Source: a virus. Taken from it: a DNA stretch of 64,000 bases. Made by a program: the position numbers and the translations under genes. The stretch spans positions 1-64,000 of the IMG/VR virus record IMGVR_UViG_3300036766_001793; one strand, 5' to 3'. Below, piece after piece: positions 19,952 to 28,779 of this stretch (positions are counted from its first letter, which is position 1; every line of letters starts with the position of its first letter). The notes below the pieces were generated by a model, which saw only the letters and a list, made by a program, of their open reading frames with translations, was not told where the DNA came from and did not search any database.

Positions 19952-20182
19952 TTAGAGGGCCAGTTCCCGCGGCCCGCCGTGGGCGGGGCAGGCTAGGGCG
20001 GACGAGTAGCCATGGCTCCACAGGCCGCCGAGCCACTCCCCGTAGCGCCGCTGGCCAGGCTCCTGGTCGCCGTATGCAGGCTCGTCGCAGAACCCTGCGG
20101 GAGAGCCGCCCGCCCAGGATGGGACGCCGCACCTGCCGACGCCATCGGTGAGTTCTTCGTGGTGTCGGCTATGCCGCGCCAT
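19952..20182 (-). CDS. small Cys-containing hypothetical protein
   Basis: TGATG coupling to upstream gene. Confidence 0.5.
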   Translation of the reverse strand: MARHSRHHEELTDGVGRCGVPSWAGGSPAGFCDEPAYGDQEPGQRRYGEWLGGLWSHGYSSALACPAHGGPRELAL

Positions 20183-20616
20183 CAGTCCGACCCCCGGTTG
20201 TTCTCGTCCTCTTCGTCCTCGCTGTAGCGGCATTCCTCGCCGCAGTCGCCGCCGCCGCATTCGGGGCACTCCGGGTCGGAGTTGGGATCCTCGTCGAAGT
20301 AGACGTGCAGAGCGACCACGCGCCCCTCGCCGTTCTTCTCGACGTAGACTGGGTACCTCCCATCGCCGTAGCCGGAGGAGGCGGCCACGGCCATCCCTCC
20401 GCCGAGCTCGCCGTGGCCGGCACCCGAGCAGCTGGCCTGGCTCGCGCCCTCGTAGGAGTAGCCGAACGGCGGCTTCGTGGCCCCCTCTGAGTCCAGGTCC
20501 ATGAAGAGCCCATCCGTGTTGACGAACTCCTTCAGGTAGCAGGGGTCGCCGACCATCACCTGCCCGCTGTCAACCATGACGTGGCCGGCCAGGGCGGTCT
20601 CGGTTCCGTGTCTCAT
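20182..20616 (-). CDS. DUF4241-like protein
   Basis: VDSGQVMVGDPCY...SGYGDGRYPVY. Confidence 0.6.
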   Translation of the reverse strand: MRHGTETALAGHVMVDSGQVMVGDPCYLKEFVNTDGLFMDLDSEGATKPPFGYSYEGASQASCSGAGHGELGGGMAVAASSGYGDGRYPVYVEKNGEGRVVALHVYFDEDPNSDPECPECGGGDCGEECRYSEDEEDENNRGSD

Positions 20617-20686
20617 TTCGTTCACCTCGTTTGCGTTGGTGATCCCATTGTATCGCGTCTCCGCGGCCTAGTCGATATGGAGGGGG

Positions 20687-21539
20687 CTAGGGTTTCAGCG
20701 ACCTCGGGGCCTGGCGGAACCTGCTGACCAGCTCGAGGACAGAGGTCCCGGCCGGCGTGAGGGCCAGCCCGGTCCCGCCGCACTCCTGGCACTCGTGCTC
20801 CTCAGGGCAGTCGGGGTACTCGGTGAGGGAGCCCAGCGGGGTCTCGGCCAGCGCGGCCTCGTTCGTGACCTGCCAGTCCTGCCAGAGCGGGCAGTGTTGC
20901 ACCCCGCAGGCCTCGCAGTGCCCGCAGCGGTCCGCGAGGCGGACGGAGTGGTAGGTCTCCCCCTCGTGCCAGGGCATGATGATCGGCTCAGGGCGCGGCA
21001 TGGTGGCCCGCCTCGGCCTTGTAGGCCGCGAGCCCTTGGCAGGCCTCGATCTCGCCGGCCGTCAGCGGCTTGAGCTCCATGATGCGAGCCATGCGCTCGT
21101 GGAACCCCTCGTCGTCCTTGGCGCCCATGACTGCCTCCTCGAAGCGGAAGTAGTCCACCGGGCTGTCGTCGCAGTCGTCGTGGTCCAGCGCCCCGCCGAA
21201 GACGTCCACCAGCCTGCGGCACGCGGCGACCCAGAACGGGGTCGACCGCGGGAGGAGCTGCCAGCCGAACCCGTGCTCGCCCGTCGCGTGGATGTGCACG
21301 AGGTGGCCCTGCGGGGCGGCTGGGTCGACGGGGCTGTCGAAGGCGATGGCCCCCATCCCGAAGTGGACGCCCACGGCCTTGAGGGAGACCCTCGGCCGCG
21401 GGACGTAGAAGCCGGACCCGGTCCGGCTCTCGCCGACGAGCTCCCGGTCGACGGGGTTGCCGGCGAGGATGGACAGGGCGTTCGCCACGTCCTGTGGCTC
21501 GGCCGAGCGGTAGAGGAAAAGCTTGCAGTCGACTCCCAT
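20687..21539 (-). CDS. hypothetical protein (20988-21539) and zinc-finger protein (20687-21001)
   Basis: after promoter 21570; CQECGGTG. Confidence 0.6.
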
Positions 21540-21656
21540 TGGGTCGCCTCCGTGTGTTTTGATGTTCTGATTGTACAGCGTCTCCGTGGCCCCGTCGGCC
21601 GGGAGGGCGCAGGAAAATGTGGCGGCCGCCGTAGCGGCCGCCCGCCGTAACGCCCG

Positions 21657-22670
21657 TTACACCGCCAGGAGGTCGAACACCCGCTGGCGGTGGCCGGCGC
21701 CGAACCCCTCGGCGCTGTACGCGGCCCGCTTCTCGAGGCTCCCGCCGGCCGCGAGGTCCTGCCCCTTGCGGGGCTCGTGCCAGTCGATCCACTCGGTGGC
21801 CCAGTTGAAGAGGCCCCAGCGGTTGTCCGCGCCGCCGGCGAACTGGACGCTCTTGGAGCCGCCGTTGAGCAGCCTCCACAGCTCGAGGCGCTCCTGCTGC
21901 TTGCGGGCGGTGACGATGTCCCCCTCGTCGGCTTTCGGGGCGGGGGCGACGATCTCCATCACTCGCTCGGCGAGCTCCTGCGTGGCGGCGGCCTGGGCGA
22001 GGCGCTCGAAGGCCGCGTTCATCTCGGCCTGGCGCCGGCTGGCGAGGCCCAGGGCCTCGCCGCTCTTGGCGAGGCGCTCGTGCATCGTCCGGGTGTGGCG
22101 GATCTGGATCTCGGTGTTCCTCTCGCCGAGCGCCACGGCGAGCGTGTTGGCGCAGACGACGCGGGCCGTCACCAGCTTGACCGAGAGGCTCTTCGTGCCG
22201 TCGTGGCCGTTGAGGAGCAGCACGTACGGCGAGACGGGGTCCTTGCCGCCGACGAGGAAGTCGTCTCCGAGCCGGGCGAGGATGAAGACGCGCGAGCCCC
22301 CGTAGAGGGCGCCGGCGGTCTCGTAGGACATGCGCCCGTCCTGGAGCCAGGCGTCCATGCCGTCGAACGCGTCGCGGTTCTGGAGGACGTTGAAGGACTT
22401 GCCGACCTCGCCGACGCAGGCGCCGTCGCTGTCCCGCATGACCGCGAAGCGGGGCGGGGAGACCTTGGCGAGCTTGCCGCCCGGGCCGTGGAAGTAGGCC
22501 TGCCGCAGGACCATCGTGTGGTCGAGGCCGGCGAACCGGATGACCTCGTCGGAGCTGTCCATGCCCTCGGGGATCATGGTGCCGAGGCCGTGCCAGGGGA
22601 CCCCGCGGCCCTCGTGCCAGGCCATCAGCGGCCTGGCCGTCTCGCGGTCCGTGTCGATCATGTGTGCCAT
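21657..22670 (-). CDS. DUF932/DUF945 (phage/plasmid TIGR03299-like) protein
   Basis: PWHGLG...LQNRDAF...YETAGALYGGSRVF...LNGHDG...RVVCANTL...RHT...WGLFNWATEWIDW. Confidence 0.9.
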   Translation of the reverse strand: MAHMIDTDRETARPLMAWHEGRGVPWHGLGTMIPEGMDSSDEVIRFAGLDHTMVLRQAYFHGPGGKLAKVSPPRFAVMRDSDGACVGEVGKSFNVLQNRDAFDGMDAWLQDGRMSYETAGALYGGSRVFILARLGDDFLVGGKDPVSPYVLLLNGHDGTKSLSVKLVTARVVCANTLAVALGERNTEIQIRHTRTMHERLAKSGEALGLASRRQAEMNAAFERLAQAAATQELAERVMEIVAPAPKADEGDIVTARKQQERLELWRLLNGGSKSVQFAGGADNRWGLFNWATEWIDWHEPRKGQDLAAGGSLEKRAAYSAEGFGAGHRQRVFDLLAV

Positions 22671-22754
22671 CCTGTTGGTTCTCCTTGTGGCTTGATGTAC
22701 TGATTGTACCGCCTCCGCCGGCCCGTGGATGCAGGGCCGACGCAGGGATCCTGG

Positions 22755-23087
22755 CTACGAGCGGCGCGTCTTGAGGATGGCCTTGAGGTCCCGCAGGTCC
22801 GCGAGCATCGTCTTGCGGGTGTACGACGGGACGGCCCGCTGCACCGAGGCGAGCATGCGGTCCCCGATGATGTCGAGGAGGTCGCGGCGGTCGAGGCCGT
22901 AGCTGTCCCTTTTGGCGTAGAAGTCGCGGCCGACGTTGGCGGGGTCGACGACGACCTCGGCGTCGCACCAGGGCCGCCAGTGGTCGTGGGGGGTCGAGTT
23001 CTCCCAGGCCCCGTCGCTGATCTGGCCGGACAGCTCCTCGTCGAAGAGGATCTTCTGGGCCTGGTTACGGACGGCGAGTGTGTTCAT
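22755..23087 (-). CDS. hypothetical phage protein
   Basis: ELSGQISDGAWEN...HW; after promoter 23117. Confidence 0.7.
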   Translation of the reverse strand: MNTLAVRNQAQKILFDEELSGQISDGAWENSTPHDHWRPWCDAEVVVDPANVGRDFYAKRDSYGLDRRDLLDIIGDRMLASVQRAVPSYTRKTMLADLRDLKAILKTRRS

Positions 23088-23194
23088 CTGTGGTCTCCGT
23101 TTGCCTTGATGTACTGATTGTACTGCCTCCGCGGCCCCGCGGATGCAGGGGGGCCGCGAGAATTGCCGCGGCCGGCCGCCGCGCCGCCGATGGC

Positions 23195-23391
23195 GTAACG
23201 GCTGTTACGCAGTTGGGTGCCTGGCGGCGAGCTCGCCCCCGTGGTGCCCCCGCCGGCCTCCTTGGATGTGTAGCGACTGCTACATAAGGTCATGGTGCTC
23301 TGATTGTAACAATCGTTACGCCCAGGGCGTAGCGGCGGTTACGCCCGGCGGGGGAGCGAGACCACAGGGGCCTCGAGGTAGTCGCGGCTAC
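23195..23391. promoter_or_regulatory. cluster of five palindromic operators GTARY-N4-GYTAC
   Basis: 23195-23208, 23270-23283, 23306-23319, 23329-23342, 23378-23391; a sixth copy at 21647-21660. Confidence 0.75.
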
Positions 23392-23658
23392 GGTGTGCGA
23401 GCAGGCCGTCGCGGCGCTCGTGGAGGGCGTTCATCGGCCGACCGCCCTCCGGTGGTTGAGCCTGCAGCAGACCAGGCAGACGGCCCCGAGCATCGCATCG
23501 ACTGGGTTCATGCTGCGCCCGCATTGGAAGCATCTCTGGCGCGCCCCCGCCCCCGCTTGGGCTTCCGCCTTATCGGTATTGTCATTCAAGTCCTGTGTGC
23601 CTCCTTGCTTATGTGTTCATGATACTGAATCCGCAGGACGGCGGATGCAGGGAGGGCA

Positions 23659-23919
23659 CTAGGATGCGTCGCCGGCGAGGAAGCTTACGATCGCCCGGCG
23701 GGTGAGCTTGATGCCCAGGGCCTTGCACGTGTTGCGGAAGGCCAGGCCGTCGTGGCTGAACGAGCCCCTTACGACGGCGGCGCGCATGCGCGCGAGGACG
23801 ACCGGCACGTCGGCAGACCCGTAGGCAAACATTTCCGGGTGGGCCTCCACGGCGACCTGCAGCTCGCGGGCGTAGGCCTCCATGAAGCGATCGAGGTTCT
23901 TCACCATGTCGGTGGGCAT
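23659..23919 (-). CDS. hypothetical protein, first gene of the leftward arm
   Basis: after promoter 23949. Confidence 0.65.
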   Translation of the reverse strand: MPTDMVKNLDRFMEAYARELQVAVEAHPEMFAYGSADVPVVLARMRAAVVRGSFSHDGLAFRNTCKALGIKLTRRAIVSFLAGDAS

Positions 23920-24084
23920 GTCCTGGCTCCTTGTGTCTTGGTGGTACTAATATAACAAGCCGGACGGATGGGCACAGCCGGGGGGAAGCTAGAAGATCCC
24001 GCGGGGATCCCTGCGCCCTCCCAGCCCCGGCCGCCCCTGCGACTCCGTATAATAGGTACACCAAGATACATGGGAGGCCACAAG

Positions 24085-24360
24085 ATGCTCAAGCCAATGA
24101 AGGCGACCCTCGGCGGTGCCATCCACCCCAGCGGCCCGGTGAAGGGCTACGAACACATCGCGTACGTCTGGATCGACCTGGGCGACGGCACGACCCTCGC
24201 GCTCTTCTTCAACCGGGAGACGCGCCTGCTCGTGGCCGAGGTGTCCTGCCTGGAGGGGGGCGGGCACGAGTTCGTCCGCACGTCCGCCCCGCGGCTCTCC
24301 GAGGCCTTCCGCCGCGGGCTCGAGGAGCCGGCCGGCGACCTCTGCGGGGCGGCCCTGTGA
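24085..24360 (+). CDS. hypothetical protein, first gene of the rightward arm
   Basis: GGAGG RBS after TATAAT at 24048. Confidence 0.65.
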   Translation: MLKPMKATLGGAIHPSGPVKGYEHIAYVWIDLGDGTTLALFFNRETRLLVAEVSCLEGGGHEFVRTSAPRLSEAFRRGLEEPAGDLCGAAL

Positions 24361-24449
24361 GGGCGGGGGCCTTCCGCCGCCGCTCGGACCACTCGCACGC
24401 CGAGGTGATCGGGGGCCGCAACGAGGGGCGGGCCGGCCCGGAGGAGGCC

Positions 24450-25478
24450 GTGAAGTGCCTAGTGTGCGCCCTGGACCGCCCGCGGGGGGCCTTCGACGAG
24501 CGCACGGGCTCGGCCGTGTGCGCGGGCTGCCGCGACGCGGCGCGTCCCCCCGCGCGCCCGAGGGAGGTCTGGTCCGCTAGCTTCCTGCCGGACGGGTGCG
24601 GCTGGCTCGCGGTCGCCGGGCTCTTCGAGCGCCGGGAGGACGCCCAGGCGCGCTGCGACGCGGCCAATGCGGGGGAGGGCGGCAGGCACCTGTACCGGGC
24701 GGTGCGGCTCGAGGTGGCCCCTGCCCTGCTCTAGCGCCCTCCCGGCTGCGCCGGCTCCCCGGGATTCAGTACAATGGGATCATCAAGCGCGAGGGGGCGA
24801 CCCAGATGAGCATCGGAGATCCTGCGGAGGCGACCGCGCGGGCCCAGTCCCAGGGCTGGCCCGACGACGCCCTGTACCTGATGCGCCTCGCCCGGCGGCT
24901 CAGGGGCCTGTCGGGGTGCGGCTCGGCCGACTGCGGGGGCGGCCCGGGCCGCTGGGCGGACGACGCCGGGCGGCTGGACGGCGTCGCGGGGCGGCTGGCC
25001 GAGGCGGAGCGGGCCGACCGCCTGCTGCTGGGGGACTGCCTGGGGCTGCTCGGGGACCTGCTCGGGCCGTGCAGCCGGGGCTGCGGGTGCCTGGCCCACG
25101 GCCTGCGGGCGCGCCTCGGGCTGCCGGACGGACGGGCCGACCGGTGACCCTCCCGACCGTTATGTAAGCGTTTATGACGCATTTCGGCAGCTGCCCCCCT
25201 GCCGGGGGACCTTTCGGACATAAGAGCTGGCGAACGTGAGGGAAAACATGGCGGACGGCGATGGAATCGCGCGCCTGGCGGCCTCGCTGAGGCTCTTCCG
25301 GGAGCTCGAGGGGCCCGGGGCGAGGGCCGCGCGGCTCGGGGCCGGGCACGCCTGGTGGCTCCCGTCCGGGCGCCCGCCGGCGTGGTCCTGGGTTCACCCG
25401 GACGGGTCGGCCTGCCCCGGTCCCCCCTCCCCCCGGTCCGCGGGGCGCCCCGCCGCGCGCCGCCCGGCCGCCCCCTGA
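24450..25478 (+). CDS. three hypothetical ORFs (24450-24734, 24806-25147, 25248-25478)
   Basis: RBSs; CxxC motifs. Confidence 0.5.
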
Positions 25479-25635
25479 TCTCTATACCGCGCGCGCGAGG
25501 GAGGGCCGGGACCCGCCCCATGGCCCGGTGGGCTTGCCTCACAGAGGTGGTTGGCCTCTTTCCCTTCCCGGGGGCAAGCCCCCGGACCCCCCACCCGGAC
25601 GGTGCCGGTATCATTGGGTTGCAGGAGGGTGCTCC

Positions 25636-26379
25636 ATGGGCAATGAATCCGCGATATATTCGGACGGCGCCGTGCCGGGCTGGCTGGTGGCGGCCGCCGA
25701 CGCGGAGGTAGCCAGGCGCTACGCCGACCTCTCCCGCTGCGCCGAGGTCCTGGCCGCCCAGCGCGACCTCTACCTCCAGGCCCTCGCCGCGGTCGAGGAG
25801 GCCCTCACGTCGGAGGGAGGGTACCGCCCGCTCGACGGCTGGTGGGGCACCCTGTTAGCTGAGCCGTCCTCGATCCCTAGCCCCAGGGGGCCTATGCCCC
25901 CTGGAACCCCCGGGGTCCATGCGCCCTCCCGGCCGCGCCGGCCGGGGGGAGGTTTCAGTATCATTGGATCACGAGGAGGAGGCCGACACATGAACGACGG
26001 ACCAGAGGGCAACGCCTGGGCGTGGACGTGGGCGGAGCTGGAGGCGTACGCCCGCGAGGGGCGCATAGACAACGGCCCGCTGGTGGCGCGGCTGCGCGAG
26101 CTGGGCTGGCGACCGAGCGTGCGCCACGAGCGCCTCTACGGCGGCCACGGCGGCCAGGCGCTCGCCCGCGGCGGCAGGACCCTGGCGTTCGCCTCGCGGT
26201 TCGTCGGCGGGGACGAGATCGGGACGACCATCACCGTGGGCTCGGCCGCGCGCTGCCGCCCGGACGAGGCGTACGTGCGCAAGGCCGGCGCGCGGCTGGC
26301 CCTCCAGCGGCTGCTCGCGGCCTGCGAGGCCCTGCCGCTGGCGCCCGGCCCCCTGGCGGCGTGCGAGGCCCTGCCGTGA
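25636..26379 (+). CDS. two cassette genes in one open frame (starts 25636 and 25990)
   Basis: each start has its own promoter repeat and RBS; no stop between them. Confidence 0.55.
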   Translation: MGNESAIYSDGAVPGWLVAAADAEVARRYADLSRCAEVLAAQRDLYLQALAAVEEALTSEGGYRPLDGWWGTLLAEPSSIPSPRGPMPPGTPGVHAPSRPRRPGGGFSIIGSRGGGRHMNDGPEGNAWAWTWAELEAYAREGRIDNGPLVARLRELGWRPSVRHERLYGGHGGQALARGGRTLAFASRFVGGDEIGTTITVGSAARCRPDEAYVRKAGARLALQRLLAACEALPLAPGPLAACEALP

Positions 26380-26985
26380 GCGGCTGGGTGGACGCGGAGC
26401 GCGACCGGCTGGCGGGGGCTCTGTTCGGGCGCGGCGCCCTGGGCCTCCCCGCCGACAAGCTCCTGGCCATCTTCAACTTCGAGGCCAGGCTGATGGGGGC
26501 GGCGGCCGAGCGCGGCTGCGCCTGCAACGGCGAGCTGCCCGAGCACCACGAGGCGGGCTGCTTCGCCGGGGCGGCGGGGGCGAGGCCGTGAACGAACTCC
26601 CTGACTGGCTGAACCTCGCCATCGGCGGGGGCGTCGCGGTCGCCGCCGGCGTGGCCTTCGCGGTCCTGTTCGGCGCGCTGTGGGCGAGGCGTTGACGGCC
26701 GCGGCCATCCCCCAGGGGGCCTGCCCCCTGGAACCCCCCGAGGGGCCGGCGCGGCGGCGGGCGCAAAGGGGACGGCGCGGAAATGGCGGTCCGCCCCTCG
26801 ACCTGGACTTCGTCGAGGCCTACTGGCGCCGCTCCGTCAACGACCGCAGGGCGGTCCTCCCCCGGGAGCACCTCCTCGAGATCATCGACCGCCTGCGCGC
26901 GCTGGAGCTCGAGGCAACCCCGGCCTACTCCTGGGTCCTGGACGGTGAACGACGATGGGCCCCTCGGCTTGAGGCGGAGGGCACG

Positions 26986-27531
26986 ATGGACCTCGCCCGG
27001 GGGGCAGGCACACAGCGCCTGGGCGACTGGATGCAGACCTACACCGGGCTGCAGTTCTGGCCGCTCGACCCACGGCCGGGCGAGGTCCGCGCCGAGGACG
27101 TCGCCCGCGCGCTGTCGATGCAGTGCCGCTTCAACGGCCACTCCGAGGCCTTCTACAGCGTCGCCCAGCACTCGGTCCACGTGTCCCGGCTCGTCCCGCC
27201 CGAGGACGCGCTGTGGGGGCTGATGCACGACGCGGCGGAGGCGTACGTCGGGGACATGATCCGGCCGATCAAGACGCCGGAGTTCAGGGCGATGGAGGAC
27301 GGCGTGCTGAGGGCGGTCGCCTCCAGGTTCGGGCTGCCGTGGCCCGCGCCGCCGTCGGTCCGGGAGGCCGACGGGGCCGCCCTGGCGACCGAGGCGCGCG
27401 ACCTGATGAAGGCCCCGCCGGCGCCGTGGGAGCCGCTGCCGCCGCCTGACCCGAGGCCGATCCTGGCGCTGGGGCCGAGGGAGGCGGAGCTGGAGTTCCT
27501 CGGCCGCCTCCGGCATCTCGCGGGCGGCTGA
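26986..27531 (+). CDS. HD-domain 5'-deoxynucleotidase (YfbR/YfdR-like)
   Basis: QTYTGLQF...ALSMQCRFNGH...YSVAQHS...LMHDAAEAYVGD..RPIK. Confidence 0.92.
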   Translation: MDLARGAGTQRLGDWMQTYTGLQFWPLDPRPGEVRAEDVARALSMQCRFNGHSEAFYSVAQHSVHVSRLVPPEDALWGLMHDAAEAYVGDMIRPIKTPEFRAMEDGVLRAVASRFGLPWPAPPSVREADGAALATEARDLMKAPPAPWEPLPPPDPRPILALGPREAELEFLGRLRHLAGG

Positions 27532-27607
27532 TCCCCTGCGCCCTCCCGGCTGTGCCGGGCCTTCGGGATTCAGTACAATGGAACCACCACACGCAAGGAG
27601 GCCACCG

Positions 27608-27793
27608 ATGGCCAAGCGCACCTACAGAGTGACCGTCCAGATAGAGATCCACGGGGCCCTCCTCTCCGACGAGGACTTCGAGGAGACGACGAAGTACATC
27701 GACGACCCGGAAGGCCTGGCATCCGACCTGGAGGCCTTCTTCGACAACGCCATGATCACGGCGACCTCCGTGAGGGTGGAGGCCGGTCCGTGA
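27608..27793 (+). CDS. small acidic hypothetical protein
   Basis: AAGGAGG RBS after promoter 27574. Confidence 0.65.
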   Translation: MAKRTYRVTVQIEIHGALLSDEDFEETTKYIDDPEGLASDLEAFFDNAMITATSVRVEAGP

Positions 27794-28171
27794 CCCGCCG
27801 TTTCACCTGGCGCATCCTTCCCGTCACCGTAAAAAGCATACGGGAAGAAATGCAACAGGACTACAGCCACGCACTATTCTCAATTCAACGCATGCGGTGG
27901 CTCGCCGAAGAGCTGTCCAAGCTCCCGGCCGAGGGAACCACCACACAATCAGGACCCAGGCAGTGACGACGGTGTGGCACGCGACGGGGGCCGGCCTCAC
28001 CGCCCTCTGCGGCGCGACGAGCTTCCACCTCATCAACCGCCGCTACGCCGGGCTGGAGCTGGACTACGGGCGGTGGTGCCGGCGCTGCCTCAGGCTCGCC
28101 GGGGAACGAGGGCGCATCCCCCCAGCTGCCGCGGCCCCGCGCCGGGGTGGCACACGTCAGGAGCCTGAGAA

Positions 28172-28420
28172 ATGACGGTATGCCAGCATGCACTATGCCG
28201 TGGGTACGACGTCTCGGTGCAATTCGAGAGCCACGTCGCTAAGTGCGCCGTCGGGTGTGGCGAGAGCTTCTCCGGCGGGCACAAGCAGACACTAGATTGG
28301 GCGAGCCGGCACGTCGAAGGATGGTACTGGCACATAGTCACGGTGCAGGAGACGACCACCATCCACGGCGTGAAGGCCTGGCCGGGGTTTTCCCGTGGCT
28401 GCGGGCGCGCAAAGCCTTGA
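28172..28420 (+). CDS. hypothetical protein
   Basis: AGGAG RBS; Cys/His motifs. Confidence 0.45.
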   Translation: MTVCQHALCRGYDVSVQFESHVAKCAVGCGESFSGGHKQTLDWASRHVEGWYWHIVTVQETTTIHGVKAWPGFSRGCGRAKP

Positions 28421-28448
28421 CCGCCTGCTTTGACTGGCTGACCCAGCT

Positions 28449-28694
28449 ATGATAAACAATGGGGAAATTGACATGGGCTCAGGCGTCGCGATCCGTTGGG
28501 ACGAGGACGGACGGGGGTTCCTGTGGAGGCACCCTGGATGCCGGTCCTGGGCGAGCCTGAGCTTCGCGCCAGGGCTGTGCACCGGCCACCGGCTCGTCTG
28601 CGCCGACCCGCTGACCGTCGAGGGCTCGCTGCTGTGCCCGATGGGGTGCGGCGCCCATGGGTTCATCCGCAACGGGAGCTGGGTGCCGGCGTGA
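28449..28694 (+). CDS. DUF6527-like small protein
   Basis: PLTVEGSLLCPMGCGAHGFIRNGSW. Confidence 0.5.
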   Translation: MINNGEIDMGSGVAIRWDEDGRGFLWRHPGCRSWASLSFAPGLCTGHRLVCADPLTVEGSLLCPMGCGAHGFIRNGSWVPA

Positions 28695-28779
28695 GGGTTC
28701 CTGCGATCCCCCAGCTGCGCCTGTCGCCGAGATTCAGTACAATTGACACACTACACGCAAGAAGGACAATGGAAACCAC

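Larger units (their letters stand above)
3384..23954 (-). repeat. dispersed promoter/RBS cassette repeat, leftward arm (about 27 copies)
   Basis: -10 hexamers (TACAAT/TATAAT/TACGAT variants), lowest plus-strand coordinates 3384, 5928, 9277, 10494, 10758, 11058, 11594, 11879, 12238, 12671, 13137, 13740, 14249, 14779, 15533, 16297, 16849, 18581, 19298, 19904, 20647, 21570, 22703, 23117, 23303, 23619, 23949; most are followed by GGGATCAYCAASACAC..GAGG and preceded by CCCTCCC.GCCGACG at 17-18 bp. Confidence 0.9.

Noticed and set aside
25150-25240. Possible ribozyme or riboswitch in a lower-GC gap
   Set aside because: Could not fit an HDV, hammerhead or twister consensus by eye; only short inverted repeats are present
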